Shown here: in pieces, positions 29,324 to 42,889 of the stretch
Layout of the letters: each line of letters opens with the position of its first letter
How positions within the stretch are numbered: the first letter of the stretch is position 1
Assembly (NCBI RefSeq): GCF_009914755.1
Contig: NC_060930.1
From: the human T2T-CHM13v2.0 reference genome, Homo sapiens
Reading direction: 5' to 3' (one strand)
Length of the DNA stretch: 64,000 nucleotides
Program-made: the position numbers and the translations under genes
The notes under the pieces: generated by a model
Told to the model about the DNA's origin: nothing
What the model saw: the letters and a program-made list of their open reading frames with translations, nothing else
Database searches by the model: none

Positions 29324-32300
29324 TTATAATGGTTATTATACGGAGAAAGAAGCATGGGTTCTCCTGGTTGTTTCAGCTGTATAACTTTAGTCAATATCCA
29401 CTGGAGAGAATTTCAATAAAAGAAAACTATTTCTTTATGGGTTAAAAGGGATGGGCATGGGGGGCAAAATAAGAAGCACTGTGGTTCAATTATAGCGTTC
29501 TCATTTCTTCTGAAATCCTCTAGTTGAGTATTGTAATTTAAATGGAACAACTTATCTCCCTAAAAGACTGATTTTGAAAGACTATTTCCCTTTCCCTGTT
29601 AACTGCTCCCAACCCAACAGCCATCATCATTTTTAAAGGAATTCTAAGGGCAAAGAAACTAAGAATCTAAGAGAATGTAATACAATTGATGACCCAAAGA
29701 AAAGCAGCACATATTAAATTGTGACTTAAATGCTATTCAAAACATAAAATCGTGCCATTGTAGTATGTGTTTGCCTGTGTGTCTGTGCCTTTATTTCTCA
29801 ATGATGAATTATATTTCAATGAAAAAGAATAATGCCTTCCAAGTAATAGTATCGTTATATAAGAGACAATTATGCCACTAAATTTAGATAATTTAGAAAT
29901 AGTCTTAAGGAGAGAAACAAAAATTAAAAAGTATTGAAATACAAAGTAAGGAACTGAGATTATTGTTTTTCTCAATGAAGATAATATTTACTTTTGCTTT
30001 AAGATCTAGATATGACAAATGTTTTCTGGTTAACAATTTATCCAAAAAGAAAAAAGAATGTCAACCTTTTTTTTTTCTCTATTCCAGAGAGCTCCAGAAG
30101 GTTTTTAGATTTAAAAAAGAAAACAAAAAACAATAATAATACTCAAATGTCATATTGGAAGCCTTAGGCAAGAGCTGTTGGTCTTTTAATTTGCTCTTAA
30201 TACTATGATCAAATAAAAAGAAGGAAAATTTTACAAATCATTAACAGCTTCGAGGATGAGGGAAGAACAGATTTTCAAGCATTCTTCTTTATTTAGTCAG
30301 AAATGACTGGCTCAACCTCAGCCTACTTCTCTGAGGCACATTCCTACCAACTCTTGCATATTAAATTTTGCCAGAGCAATGGGCCTGACATGGCCTTTTG
30401 AATCACAGTGAATCACAGTGACCCTTATCCAACTGAATGTCTCCTCCAATCATGTTTAATGTACATCAAGCATTCTACAGTGCCAAGATGAAGACCTGCA
30501 TTGTTTTTTTAAAACCCACATTACCTTGTCATTGTGTAAGAGAAAGATATATTTAGGATTGAAGGGTGCTTCTTATTAGACCCATTCAGGAAGAAAGTAA
30601 GTCTAGAGGAGCCAAGCTCAAAACATACTCTTCACCATACACAATCAAATTCCTCTCAGAAATAATGTTCTTCTTCTCCATCTATATTTTGGAAAATTAC
30701 ATGAAAATCAGTAGATACTTGTAATGCAATCAGTGCTGAATTATTACTCAACAAGCTGAGTCTTCGAGGGCACCAGCAAAACAGCAGGAATGACTAAGAA
30801 AAGTTTAACTTTGATGAATTTATGTAGCGTCTTGAAATAAAATGTAAAAATGAAGCCATTTTCATTTCAGTATTCAGAGTTTTATAACATTTTGAAAAAG
30901 TAAATTTTCTTTTGAAGATTTTATAAATTACACATGGGGTTGTTATTACAATCTCTTCAGTGTTCAAGGTTTCTAAAATTCTCAATTCAGCCCTGGATAC
31001 AAAAACTCTAAACACAGAGGGTTAAGGTATTAAAGATGAAAGCTAGTACCCTTACAACTATTTATATTGCAAAAGCTTTGCCCTCCTGCAAGAACATGCA
31101 GTTTCCCAAACAGTAACCTCTCTTTACAAGGTTATGCTTATTAGCTGGGATTCGAAGCTCAATAGCAACACTGTTCATCCATGGTTCAATTCAGATTGTA
31201 ATTTCTTTTTAAACTACCTGACCCTTATAATCATATGGTGAGTTGGTCTGATCATTCATCTTCTCGAGGCCAAGTACTTGGTCTGAACACAGAGTCACTT
31301 GTGTTTCTGAAGCCTCTCTGCATCAAGATGATTGGGGTGAAAAACTGTCAATTGAAAAAAGTTTGAAAGAAACCTTTTATACAATGTTTTCATTGTCTTG
31401 TTCTTTTTCTGGAACCACAATTTCTGATTGGGAAAACAAAAGTCTTCCTAGATACAAGAATGAGGTTTTAAGAGATAATCTTTGTTTCTAATTAAGTGTG
31501 GAAGCTATCAACTATCGCATTGTCCCCAATGTCAGAATGTGCTGAATAAGATTTTGCTTTTTCTCAGGGCCCAGCATTTATTAAGCACTCAGCAAATGCT
31601 TACTAAATGAATGAATGACTCTACCCAAGCTTGTGTCTTTGTCTCGAAGCTGTATCTTCCATCACAGTATTAAAATGTTTTTTATGAACATGAGCATCTG
31701 GCTGCACATACAGAGCAGCACATTCCACACACTGCCCTAATTGGATCACCAATTGGAGGAAAGTAAGTCACAAGCTGATTGCCTAGAGTGGGTTTTTCCC
31801 CATCTCTGAACCAATCTCTGAGGCAAAAAGAATGCTATTAGGCTGACTGATTTATGTAAAGCAGTGCCTATCATTTCTGCAGTTAGGATGGAGTCAATTC
31901 CATCCAAAGCCAATAGAAGAGAGACAGTACTCTAAAAGAAGGCCTAGGAGCCATGAATAACTGCCGAGGGTACCATAGACACTGGGTTGGACAAGCAAGA
32001 AATAGTGACGATGTGACTTCTATTTTTATGATGGCTCAGCGGAAAATTAGTAAATACAACCAGTGTGTTAGAAATAATTCCGTATCTCCTAAGATACATT
32101 GGTTAAAAAGATACTAATAAGTTTTTGTGCGTGTAACATTTGACACCAGGCTTTTAAGTAAAACACCCTAAGATGGAACTTACTGTGTAGTGGAAAGAGT
32201 TAGACTCACTAGACATTGATTAGCTGACTGACATAGAGCGTTTCTTATCAGTCAACAAAACTATTTCCAGAGAGGCTTGAAATAAAACAGTTGACTTTAT

Positions 32301-33545
32301 GTAGATTATGGTTAATATCTTTTGCAGATTTTCTAAGAAATCTTTCCCTATCAGAGGTCCCCAAAACATTCCTTTATCATTTTCCTTCTAAATCTTTTAT
32401 ACATGCTTAAGAAATATGCACATGCTCTAAATTGGGGGAACATGATCCTTTATGTATTAATTGAATCAACTTTGGTTACCATGTTGTTCTATTTACTTTT
32501 TTGCTGCTCGAGCTAAAAATTGAGTGACTTCAAATACAACATAATAGTTTTTTTTTTCCGTTTTGCCCTCTACATTTTTACTTTAATAACTTTGTTTAGA
32601 ACTGTTATACCTACTTCAGTTGAAATTTTTATTATTTTTGAGAGTCTCCTTATCCTTATTAATGCTTTTCACTTTAATATTTGTAAGGCTAATACTGATA
32701 CAGCTATCCTAACCAGGTATATTTGCTTGTTTTATTTTCCCTAATTCTACTTTTTGTCTTTCTCTGTCCTTGTACTGTCTTTTGTAAACTGTATATATTG
32801 AACAAGGTAGACTTTTTTTTTTATTAATCTGGTGAGATAGGCAATTTATATTTATTGTAACCATTTATTATATACTATGCCATTTCTTTGCTTTTTCTAT
32901 GCTTTTTCTTCCTTCTTGCATTTTTGTGGTCTATCAAAGTTGGGATTTCTAAAGTGTTTTTCCCTTATTTCAGAATGTTTCCTCTCTACTGGTTTGAAAG
33001 TTATATTGTATTGCTATTCTTTAAAGGTTATCTGAAAATTTTCTGTTAAGTACTTAGATTAACAACATCTAAAGTCATTCATTATCTTAACTTCCATCCT
33101 AAAGAGTATCAGGATCTTGGAGCACTCACACTAACTTCTAAGTGCTCCCGGACACTTTCCCCACATATACATTTCCTGAGTTATGTAAAATGTTGCTAGT
33201 ATTTTAATTACGCTCTTTTTTACTCCACAGAGTAAATACTTCTTAATATAGACAGTATTTATTTACATTTCCCATGATTACTGATTTTTTAGCTCACCAT
33301 ACCTTCTTGCATCTCAGACTTTCCTCCTAGTCATTTTGCTGTACTCTAAAATTCATCTTTATTCTTAAGTGAAAGTCCCTTGTTTGTAAATTCTCATTTT
33401 GAGAAAAAAGTGTTTTTAATATACCCTTGATTTTGAAAGATAATTTCACTGGGCACTCATTCTATTGAGTTATTCTCTCAGTACCTTAATGATGTTATTC
33501 CACTGTCTTTTGCCTTCCAGTTTTGGCACTGAAAAGTCTACTGTT

Positions 33546-33865
<320 letters not shown>

Positions 33866-34009
33866 TTATTCCTTTAAAAGTGGATAAGTTATTCTGGCTG
33901 CTTTTAAGATATCTTTGCCTTTATTGTTCTGAAGTTTGAGTATAATGAATATACATTGGCTTCCTTTTCCTGGTTGATATACATTTTGCTTCTTGTATAT
34001 GTGGATCCA

Positions 34010-34422
34010 CTTTTTTTTTTTTTAGACAGGGTACAGTGGCACCATCATAGCTCACTGCAGCCTTGAACTCCTGGGCTCGTGTGATCCTCCCTCCTCAGCC
34101 TCTTGAGTAGCTGGGACCACAGGTGTGTGCCACCATGCCTGGCTAATTTTTGTATTTTTTGTACAGATGGAGTTTCACCATGTTGCTCAGGCTGGTCTTG
34201 AACTCTTGGGCTCAAGTGATCCTCCCACTTGAGCCTCCCAAGTAGCTGGGACTACTGGTTCATGTCACCACATCTGGCTAATTCTTAATTTTTTTTGTAG
34301 AGATGGAGTGGGGGCTCTTGCTTCATTTCCCAGGTTGATCTCAAACTCCTGGCTTCAAGTGATCCTTCTGCTTTGGCCTCCCAAAATGCTGTGATTACAG
34401 GCATAAGCCACCATACCAGGTC
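34010..34422 (-). mobile_element. AluJ-type element with three monomers
   Basis: Three gtgatcct... monomer cores separated by two T-rich linkers. Confidence 0.8.
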
Positions 34423-35599
34423 CCAGGCTTTTCTTAGCTCTGGAAATTTGTCAGCAATTACCTCAATTTTTTTCTATTTTTTACTTCTTAGACTCCAATC
34501 AGCACATATTAAACCTTCCCATTCTATCCTTCAGGTCTCATAATCTCTAATTCTTATTTTCTATCCCTTTACCTGTTTTTGCTGCAATATGTTGTTTCCT
34601 CAGTTAAAACTTGATAGTCAACAATTCCTTTAGTTGTGGTGAATCTGCTCTTAAACCATTCATTATGTTATATATTTCAATAATTAAATTTCATACCTAA
34701 GTTGTCTTTGGTTCTTTTTAATATCTGCCTTTTAACACATCTCTCATTTCATGTTCGTTTTAATTCATACATTATTTAAACATATAACTGTTATTCTACT
34801 TCTGCTAATTGCAATACCTGAATTCCTTGAATATCTAAATCTACTGTTTCTCAATGCAAATGGTGTGTTTCCTTGCATGTTTGATTAATCTAGAAGCATT
34901 AATTAGGGAGGCTTTCCTTCGGAGGGGATTTTCATCCACTTCTTAGAGTAACCACCAGAGTCCACTGACTTAGGACTACTTTAATGCTTTAAAGCATTCC
35001 TGGTTTTATGAAGGAATCTTAGGTTCACTTTCTTTACTTTGCCTGGAGTCCATGGCTTAAGTCTCAGAGGCACAGTTTTCCTGTTTCTCAACTACTTACT
35101 AATTTTAGCCCACTCTCATTGGTAATAGCCTTTAGTGATTATCTTTCTTTCTAATGAGCCAGGAAATGAACTAATATTATGTGTGTTGTATTTTATCCAA
35201 GAACTAACTGTATTTTAGCAGGAGGATCCTTGAGTATACCTAGTCAACCATATGGCAGGAAGCAGAAATCATCTACTTCGTAGTTGATTTTGGTAATTTG
35301 CATTTTTCATATAAATTATTCATTTTCTGTTTTGTGATATATTGGCATAAAGTTGTTTATAGTGTCTTATTATTTTAAAATCTATGTTTGGTTATTTATC
35401 TGTACTTTCATTCCTAAATTTTTTATGTCTTCTGTTTTTTTCCAAATCGGTTTCACCAAGTTATGTGTACTTTATTTATTTAAAGAGACCAACTTTTGTT
35501 TAAATTGATCCTCTCAAAAAAAAAAAATTGATACTCTCTTCTATAGTATAGGTTTATACTCCAGGGGTCAACCAACATTTTCGGTAAAGGGCCAGAAAT

Positions 35600-38500
35600 T
35601 TTAAAATTGAAAAATGCAGGAATCAATATGAAACACTTAATTGATAGGCTCAATAGCAGAATGGAAGCTACTGCAGAAAGAATGAATAAATCTGAAGATA
35701 AAATGATAGAAATTACACAGTCTGAACAACAGAAGAAAACAGGCAGAACAAAGATGAACAGAACCTCAGGGACTTACGGAACTACAATAAATCTAACATT
35801 TGTGTCATCAGAGTCTCAAAAGAAAGAAGAAAGAAGGAAGACTGAAAAAGTTCTTGAAAAAAATGATAGCTGAAAACTCCCCAAAACTGGCAAAAGACAT
35901 AAACATATAGATGGTGAGAAGACCTCAAATATAATAAACCCCCCAAATCTACAAGATACATCATGGTTAAACAACTAAAAACTAAACACAAAGGAAAAAA
36001 AGAAAAAGAAAAAAGACAGATGACACCTATCTATAGGGACCAAAACAATTTAAAAAACTGGATTTCTCATGGGGAACCATGAAATTTTCTTTCCTTTTTT
36101 TTTTTTTTGACAAGGAGTCTCGTTCTGTTGCTCAGACTGGAGTACAGTGGTGCGATCTCAGCTCACTGTAATCTCCGCCTACGGGTTCAAGTGATTCTCC
36201 TGCCTCAGCTTCCCAAATGGCTGGGATTACAGATGTGCACCACCATGCCGGCTAATTTTTGTATTTTTAGTAGAGGCGGGGTTTCGCCATGTTAGCCAGG
36301 CTGGTCTCAAACTCCTGACCTCAAGTGATCTGCCCGCCTTGGCTTCCCAAAGTGCTGGGATTACAGACGTGAGCCACCCCTCTTGGCTGGAAGTGGCAGA
36401 ACAATTTTCAAGTGCTGAAAGAAAAGAACTATAAACCTACAAGTCTATGTCTAATGTAAATATTCTTCAGATATCAAGGGAAAATCAAGACATTTTCAGA
36501 TGAAAGAAAACTGAGAGAATTTGTTGCCAATGGAACTACAATAATAATAATAAGGCTAAAGGAGTGCTCTAAACAGAAAGGAAATGATAAATGAAGGAGT
36601 TTTGGAATATCAGACATCAAAAGTCTAACAAAAAATACAACCAAAAACTCTACATATAAATCTGAGAGCTTAGATGAAATGGACTAATTCATCTAAAAAT
36701 ACAAACTGTCACAACTCAATATGAAATAGATAAATTAAACAGCCATATAACTATTGTAAAAGTGGAAATTACAATAAAAAGAACTCCCTCCCCCAAAATC
36801 TCCAGGCCCAGATGATTTCATTGGAAAGTTCTATCAAGTGTTTTAAAAAGCGCTGACACCAATTCTATACAATCCGCTTTAGAAAACAGAAGAGAAAGGA
36901 ATACTTTCCAGTTCATTTTGAAGCTAGCATTACCCTGATACCACCAACCAGTATGTCGCATTAAAACAGATGCAAAAATCCTTAACAAAATATTAGCCAA
37001 AAGAATTAAGCTATATATACAAAGATACACCACGACCAAGTGGAGTTTATCTCAGGGATGTAACAATGGTTCAACATTCAAAAATCAATCAATGTATCTA
37101 CCACATGAATGGGCTAAAGAAGAAAAATGGCATTATGTAAATTAAGGCAGAAAAAGCATTTGACAAAATTCAACATAAAATTCATAATAAAAACTTGCAG
37201 AAAAAAAGGAATAAAAGATAACTTCCTTAACTTTAGCAAGAGCATCTACTTTAAAAACCTACAGCTAACATTATACTTCATGGTGAAACACGGAATCCTT
37301 TCTGCCTAAGACCAGAAACAAGCCAAGGATCTCTACTCTCACTGCTTTTATTTCTGCTGGAATTTCTACCCACTGCATTAAGGGACTGAAAGGAAAAAAA
37401 AAAGGAATACAGGTCAGAAATGAAGAGATAAAACTATTCATTATTTGCAGATGACATGACTATCTATATAAAAAAAAATCCCAAGGAATCAATCAAAATC
37501 CCCTAAAATGAGTAAGTGGGCTCAATAAGGTCTCAGTATACAAAATAGAAAAATTCACTTTATTTCTATGTACTTAGAATAGACATGTGAACAGGAAATT
37601 CAAAATACAATGCCATTTACAATCTCTCTCAAAAATTAAATTGCTTAGGTATAAATCTAACAAAACATGTACAGACCTTGTATGCTGAAAACCACACAAT
37701 ACTGATGAAGGAAAACAAAATTTAACTGAAATGAAGTGAAGTGATCCTGTGATCATGATCGGGAAGGCTTAACATGGTAAAGATGTCAAATCTCCCCAAA
37801 TTGATGTATAGGTATAACATAGTTCCTGTCAAAATCCCAGTAAGATATTTGAATAGATACAGACAAGATTATTCCAAAGTTTATACGGGAAGACAAAGGA
37901 ACTAAGTGGCTAAAACAATTTTGAAAAAGAAAGTGGAATAAACCAGCCTATTTGATTTCAAGACTTACTACAGTAATCAAGATTTTGGTGTTGGTGGAGG
38001 TATAGACACATAGTCTAATGGAAAAGAATAGAAAACCCAGATATAGACCCACACGAATGTGCCCAACTGATTTCTCATTAACTCATTTTTGCTCAACTGA
38101 TTTTTGACAGAGGTGCAAAAACAATTCAATGGACAAAAAAGAGCCTTTTCGACAAATATCATGTTGGAGTAATTGAATATCCATAGGCAACAACAAAAAA
38201 AATGAACCCAGACCTAAGTCTCACATTTTATACAAAATTAACTGAAAATGGAATATAGACTTAAAAGTAAAACGTAAACTATAATACTTTTAGAAAACAA
38301 CATAAAAGAGAAAATTTGGGGGATCTAAGGAGAGAGGCAAAGTTCTTGATACCAGAAGCATGATCCATAAAAAGAAAAATGGATAGAGTGGACTTCATCA
38401 AAATTAAACACTTCTGCTCTGTGAAAGGCCCAGAAAAGAGAAATGAAAAGACATGCTACTGACTGGGAGGAAATATTTGCAAATCACACATCCAACAAAG

Positions 38501-39530
38501 GACTAGTATCTAGAAAAAAATACACACACACACACACAGAGGCACACACACACATTATTTAAAAGCCCTCAAAACTCAACAGAAAAAAAATCCAATTAGA
38601 AAAGACATGAAGAAACATGTCACTAAAGAAGAGATACAGGTGGCAAATAAGCATATGAAACAAAGATGCTCAACATCATTGCCATTAGCGAAGGGAAAAT
38701 GGTAAATCAAAACTGCAATGAGCTGTCACTATACACTTATCAGAATGACTAAAATAAAAAAGAGACACCACCAAATGCTGAAAAGGACATGAAGCAACTA
38801 GATCACTCATACACCACTGGTGGGTATATAAAATAGTACAGCTACTTGGTATAAGTTTGGCAATTTCTTAAAAACTAAACATTCAACTACTATATGACCC
38901 AACTACTATATAACTGCTGGGCATTTGACCCAGAAAACTAGATTATGTTCACACAAAAACTTGTACACAAATGTTTATAGCAACTTTATTTATAGTAGCC
39001 AAAAACTGGCCCAATGTCTCTCAGCAGGTGAACAGTTAAACAAACTGTGGTACATCTATACTATGGGATTCTATTCACACTAAAAAGTACCTGTCAATAG
39101 ACTTGATACACATAATAAGCTGGATTAACCTCCAGAAAATCATGCTAAATGAAAAAAAGCCAATCCCAAAAGGTTACATATTATTATGATTCCAGTTATA
39201 CAGCTTTATTGAAATGAAAAAAAAAAAACTATAAAAATGGAGAACAGATTATGGTTGCCAAGGGTTAAGAAGGGAGTAGGGATGGGAGTGAAGTGGGTAT
39301 GGTCATCAAAAGCAAGATGAGGGATCCCTGTGCTAGAAAAAGTTCTGTGTGGAAACGTTCTCTATCTTAGCTATACCAGTGTCAGTATCCTGGGTATGAT
39401 ATTGTATGACAGTTTTGAAAGATGTTCACTGTGTGGGAAACAAAGTGAAAGGTACACGAAAGAGGTCTCTGTATTATTTCTTACAACAGCATGTGAATCT
39501 AGTTTCTCAAAAGTTTAGTTAAAAATACTA
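35600..39530 (+). mobile_element. L1MC-type element (ORF1 remnant through 3'UTR, internally deleted)
   Basis: ORF1-like LIDRLNSRMEATAERMNKSEDKMIEITQSEQQ; ORF2 text; L1MC1/2-like 3' end (ctctgtattatttcttacaacagcatgtgaatcta). Confidence 0.85.
36085..36389 (-). mobile_element. AluS inserted in the L1MC
   Basis: Dimeric Alu. Confidence 0.92.
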
Positions 39531-42500
39531 GCATTAAACATATTTTATACTTTATAAAGAATGGGCTCTATTTCAAATGTCCATACCATTCCAAAGGAAA
39601 GTATTGGTCACATACTCCATTCTAGATTTAAAGAAAATTTAAAACAACATAGAAAATTTCTAAATGACTAAGAAAAATGTTTGACCACAGATCAGGAAAA
39701 GACATAAGGACAATAGGGTAGCCCTAATTTTGAACAAAAAATGTTTGTTTATTGCCTCCAAGATAGAACATGAATTTCTTGAACAAGAAATGTTTATTGC
39801 CTCCAAGATAGAACTAACGTGAATGATATATAACTAAGGTTATCTTACTATTAGCAAATTTTGGTATATACCCACTGCAAAATAGTACTTAAATGTTAAA
39901 ACTATGATAACCTTTATGAGGCTGAACATTAAATCTGGCCCTGGGAAGAGGTTGGATGTGGCCTGAGGCACATTGAAAATGCCTCGAAATGAACTCAAAA
40001 CGACCACAGTACCTAGGTTTGAGATAAGAATGAAATAAAATATATTCCCCATTAAAATCTTGCTTATTTTTAGAATCATTACTGACAGAAGGATCAGCTT
40101 TGATCTGAGAGCTTTTCACCGTCAAGTTTTTAGCTATACAAGTTATTAAAAAAGCAAAAGCTTGCATCTTACTTGGATTAAAAACCTAATTTCTAGAAAA
40201 CAGGTTCTCTTCTTTCTGGTCTGAGTTTAACATTTCAGATCTCCCATTAAACAACTGATCAAAAAACTTTCAGAGGGCATTAAAAAGTGAAACTAGGTAT
40301 CAGAAAAATCTTAGTCGAGGCTAAATAACTGCATTTATAAGCTTTCTACCAATGCTATTAGGTGTTGGAGTTAGTAACTACTGCCTAACGATACTTACAG
40401 TAAACACTTAAAAATTTGTACTTTGGGTTGGCCAAAGTGGGAATTAATGCCCTTTCAAGTTTATTTAAAGATTCAATTCAGTTCTAGAAAACTCCCTCGT
40501 CAACAAGTAGAGGTGTTGTGCGTGTAACGACTGGACAGGAAATCTGGTTTTGCCTTCCACCACTTACATTTTAAGCATAAATGCCATCACTACACAAAAC
40601 CTACGGGAATCCCACTCTAAGCAATTAAGTGACCAACCTCTTAAAAACTTGCCAGAAGCTACAGTGTCTACAAAAACCTATTTAGTGTGTTATTTAGCTC
40701 TATTTCTGCATTTAAAATTAGGATTATTTGGAGAAAAATATTACATAATATTCATGTTAACCAAATGATTACAAAAACAAAGAATTAAAATTGGTGTATT
40801 GATATGGTATTTGAATAATGAGAAAATGGGCCAATAGGAAGATTTTCTTCTTTATTCCTATTTGATTTAAAAGAAAAAGATTTGCCAAGGGATGGGTAGG
40901 GTTAAATTAAAAACATTTTAAGAAACATTTCTTTATATGGAGCATACTTACTGTTTTTGCTTTGAGTGCATTCTGATGAAATATAGATTCCAAATTCCCC
41001 TTGGATCTCACCCTTCTGTCTAGTGCTTTGCCCTCTATTTGGGGCAGTAATTCTATACATATCCTGTAAATGTCTGTCCTGATGATCAGGATGCCCAAGC
41101 TCTGAATCCAACTGCTGCCACCAAGAGAACGGCTCCTTTTTGGAGCCATTACACACAGATCATCACTCAAATCAGTAGTTTCTCTTTAGAAAACTAGCAA
41201 TTTTCTGGTAGTCTGTCAATTAAGAAAAGAAAATGAAATTCAGTTACTTAGTAAGGAAAACTGGATAAACAGGAGGCTGGTCCAAACGGAGATTTATATT
41301 TAGACATTCCCTTTCTTCCTTGCCTCATTCCTTTCACACAGCTATTTCCCTTCTTTTAACACACCAAGTTCTTTTTATATGCCAAATAACAAAACATAAA
41401 CTCCCTGAGGGCAGGAAGCTTATTCTTTTGGTTCACTCTTAGAACACTATGCCCAGGCATGTAGTAGCCTGGCAAAAAGCCGGCCCCAAATAAGTGCCAA
41501 ATTAAGTATTTATTAAGCAACTACTACGGGAGGGAAGGAAGAAGGGAAGGAAGGAAGGAAACTGTGTTAAGTCCTGGGGCCCCAGAAGCTTAGTATATGT
41601 ATTTTTTATTTTGGTTGGAAAAAAATGACTTGCTTACCATCTAGAGCCAATGCTTCTAAATTTTTCCATCAAAGAATCTTTAATGAAAGTGAGGAAAATT
41701 CTGAGGCTTCCACTTCACGTGGTTTGAACTGTACATCTCAGTGTTTGTTTCACAATTATGCTAGACTGTCAACTCACTTCTCTTTCTAGAATGTCCTCTG
41801 CAGTGCAGGTAGACCAGAAACCACACTTCCCACAAACTCCTTCTGTCTCTGGTTCTAAGTTGAGAGTTGACCATGAGAAAAGGAGAGACCATCTTTCCTC
41901 AGAGGCCACTGCAGACAGAAGTGTAGGCGGGCAGAGGACATGAGTTTCACAGCAGTTTCAAAATCTCTTGCAAGGCACTGGCTTTGGAGCTATTAACAGC
42001 TGACAGCTGGGGACAGCTCCCTGAGACACACTGTCAGTGCTGCACGCCAACAGCACAGCCTTCTGGATGTTCTCAAGAGTCACAGCAGTGCCTGGGCCAG
42101 CTCCTGAGATCCACCCACTTTGGGGCCGCAGACACCTTCCTCACCCACCCTTTTGATGTCTAATTCCCTATGTTAAAACACTTTACACTTATAATCCATC
42201 AAGTGGTTTCTGTTTTTCTAACTGAATTGTTAAAATATGCAAAATTCACATTAAAGAAGTTTCCTACCTATCTTGTGACCTCAGTGAATGAGATGCTGCT
42301 TTATCCAATCTACTGACTTTGGAAAATCCAGCTGAAATGAGGAAAGATAATCGTGCATGTCTGGCAACCAGGTAATTTCTTTCCTATCTCTCATGTCACA
42401 GTATTTTGAGGACACAAATTCCTAAATACTCAGAAAAAAATGGTTTTATCTTAATTGATTTATAAATTATGTTAGGGTAGTTGTTAAACAGAATTTTGTC

Positions 42501-42889
42501 AAAGAAGCAGTACACTGTAACACTTTCAGGCTCCCATTGGTTTAAAATTTGATAAGTGTATTTCTTTGCTGACAAGTCAAACTGTTCAAATGTTATGGAG
42601 GACTAAAAAGGCCTGGGATTCACAGGCTCATTTTTTGTTTTAACTGAATCATGAAAATACACAACTTTTTTTTTTCCAGGAAAGACAGATGTTATTTACC
42701 ACCAATGAATTTTTATCATATTTAAATGAACTTGAAAATGTCATTCAACTCAAATCCCTCAATCAACTTACTTCAGCCCATTCTGAAACTTCATATTGCA
42801 GCAAACCAGCCATGTGAAAGAAATAAATTCAATTTTGACTTTCAAAAAAAATAAATGCTGCATAAGTTACCCTTGTGGACCTTAGCTAT

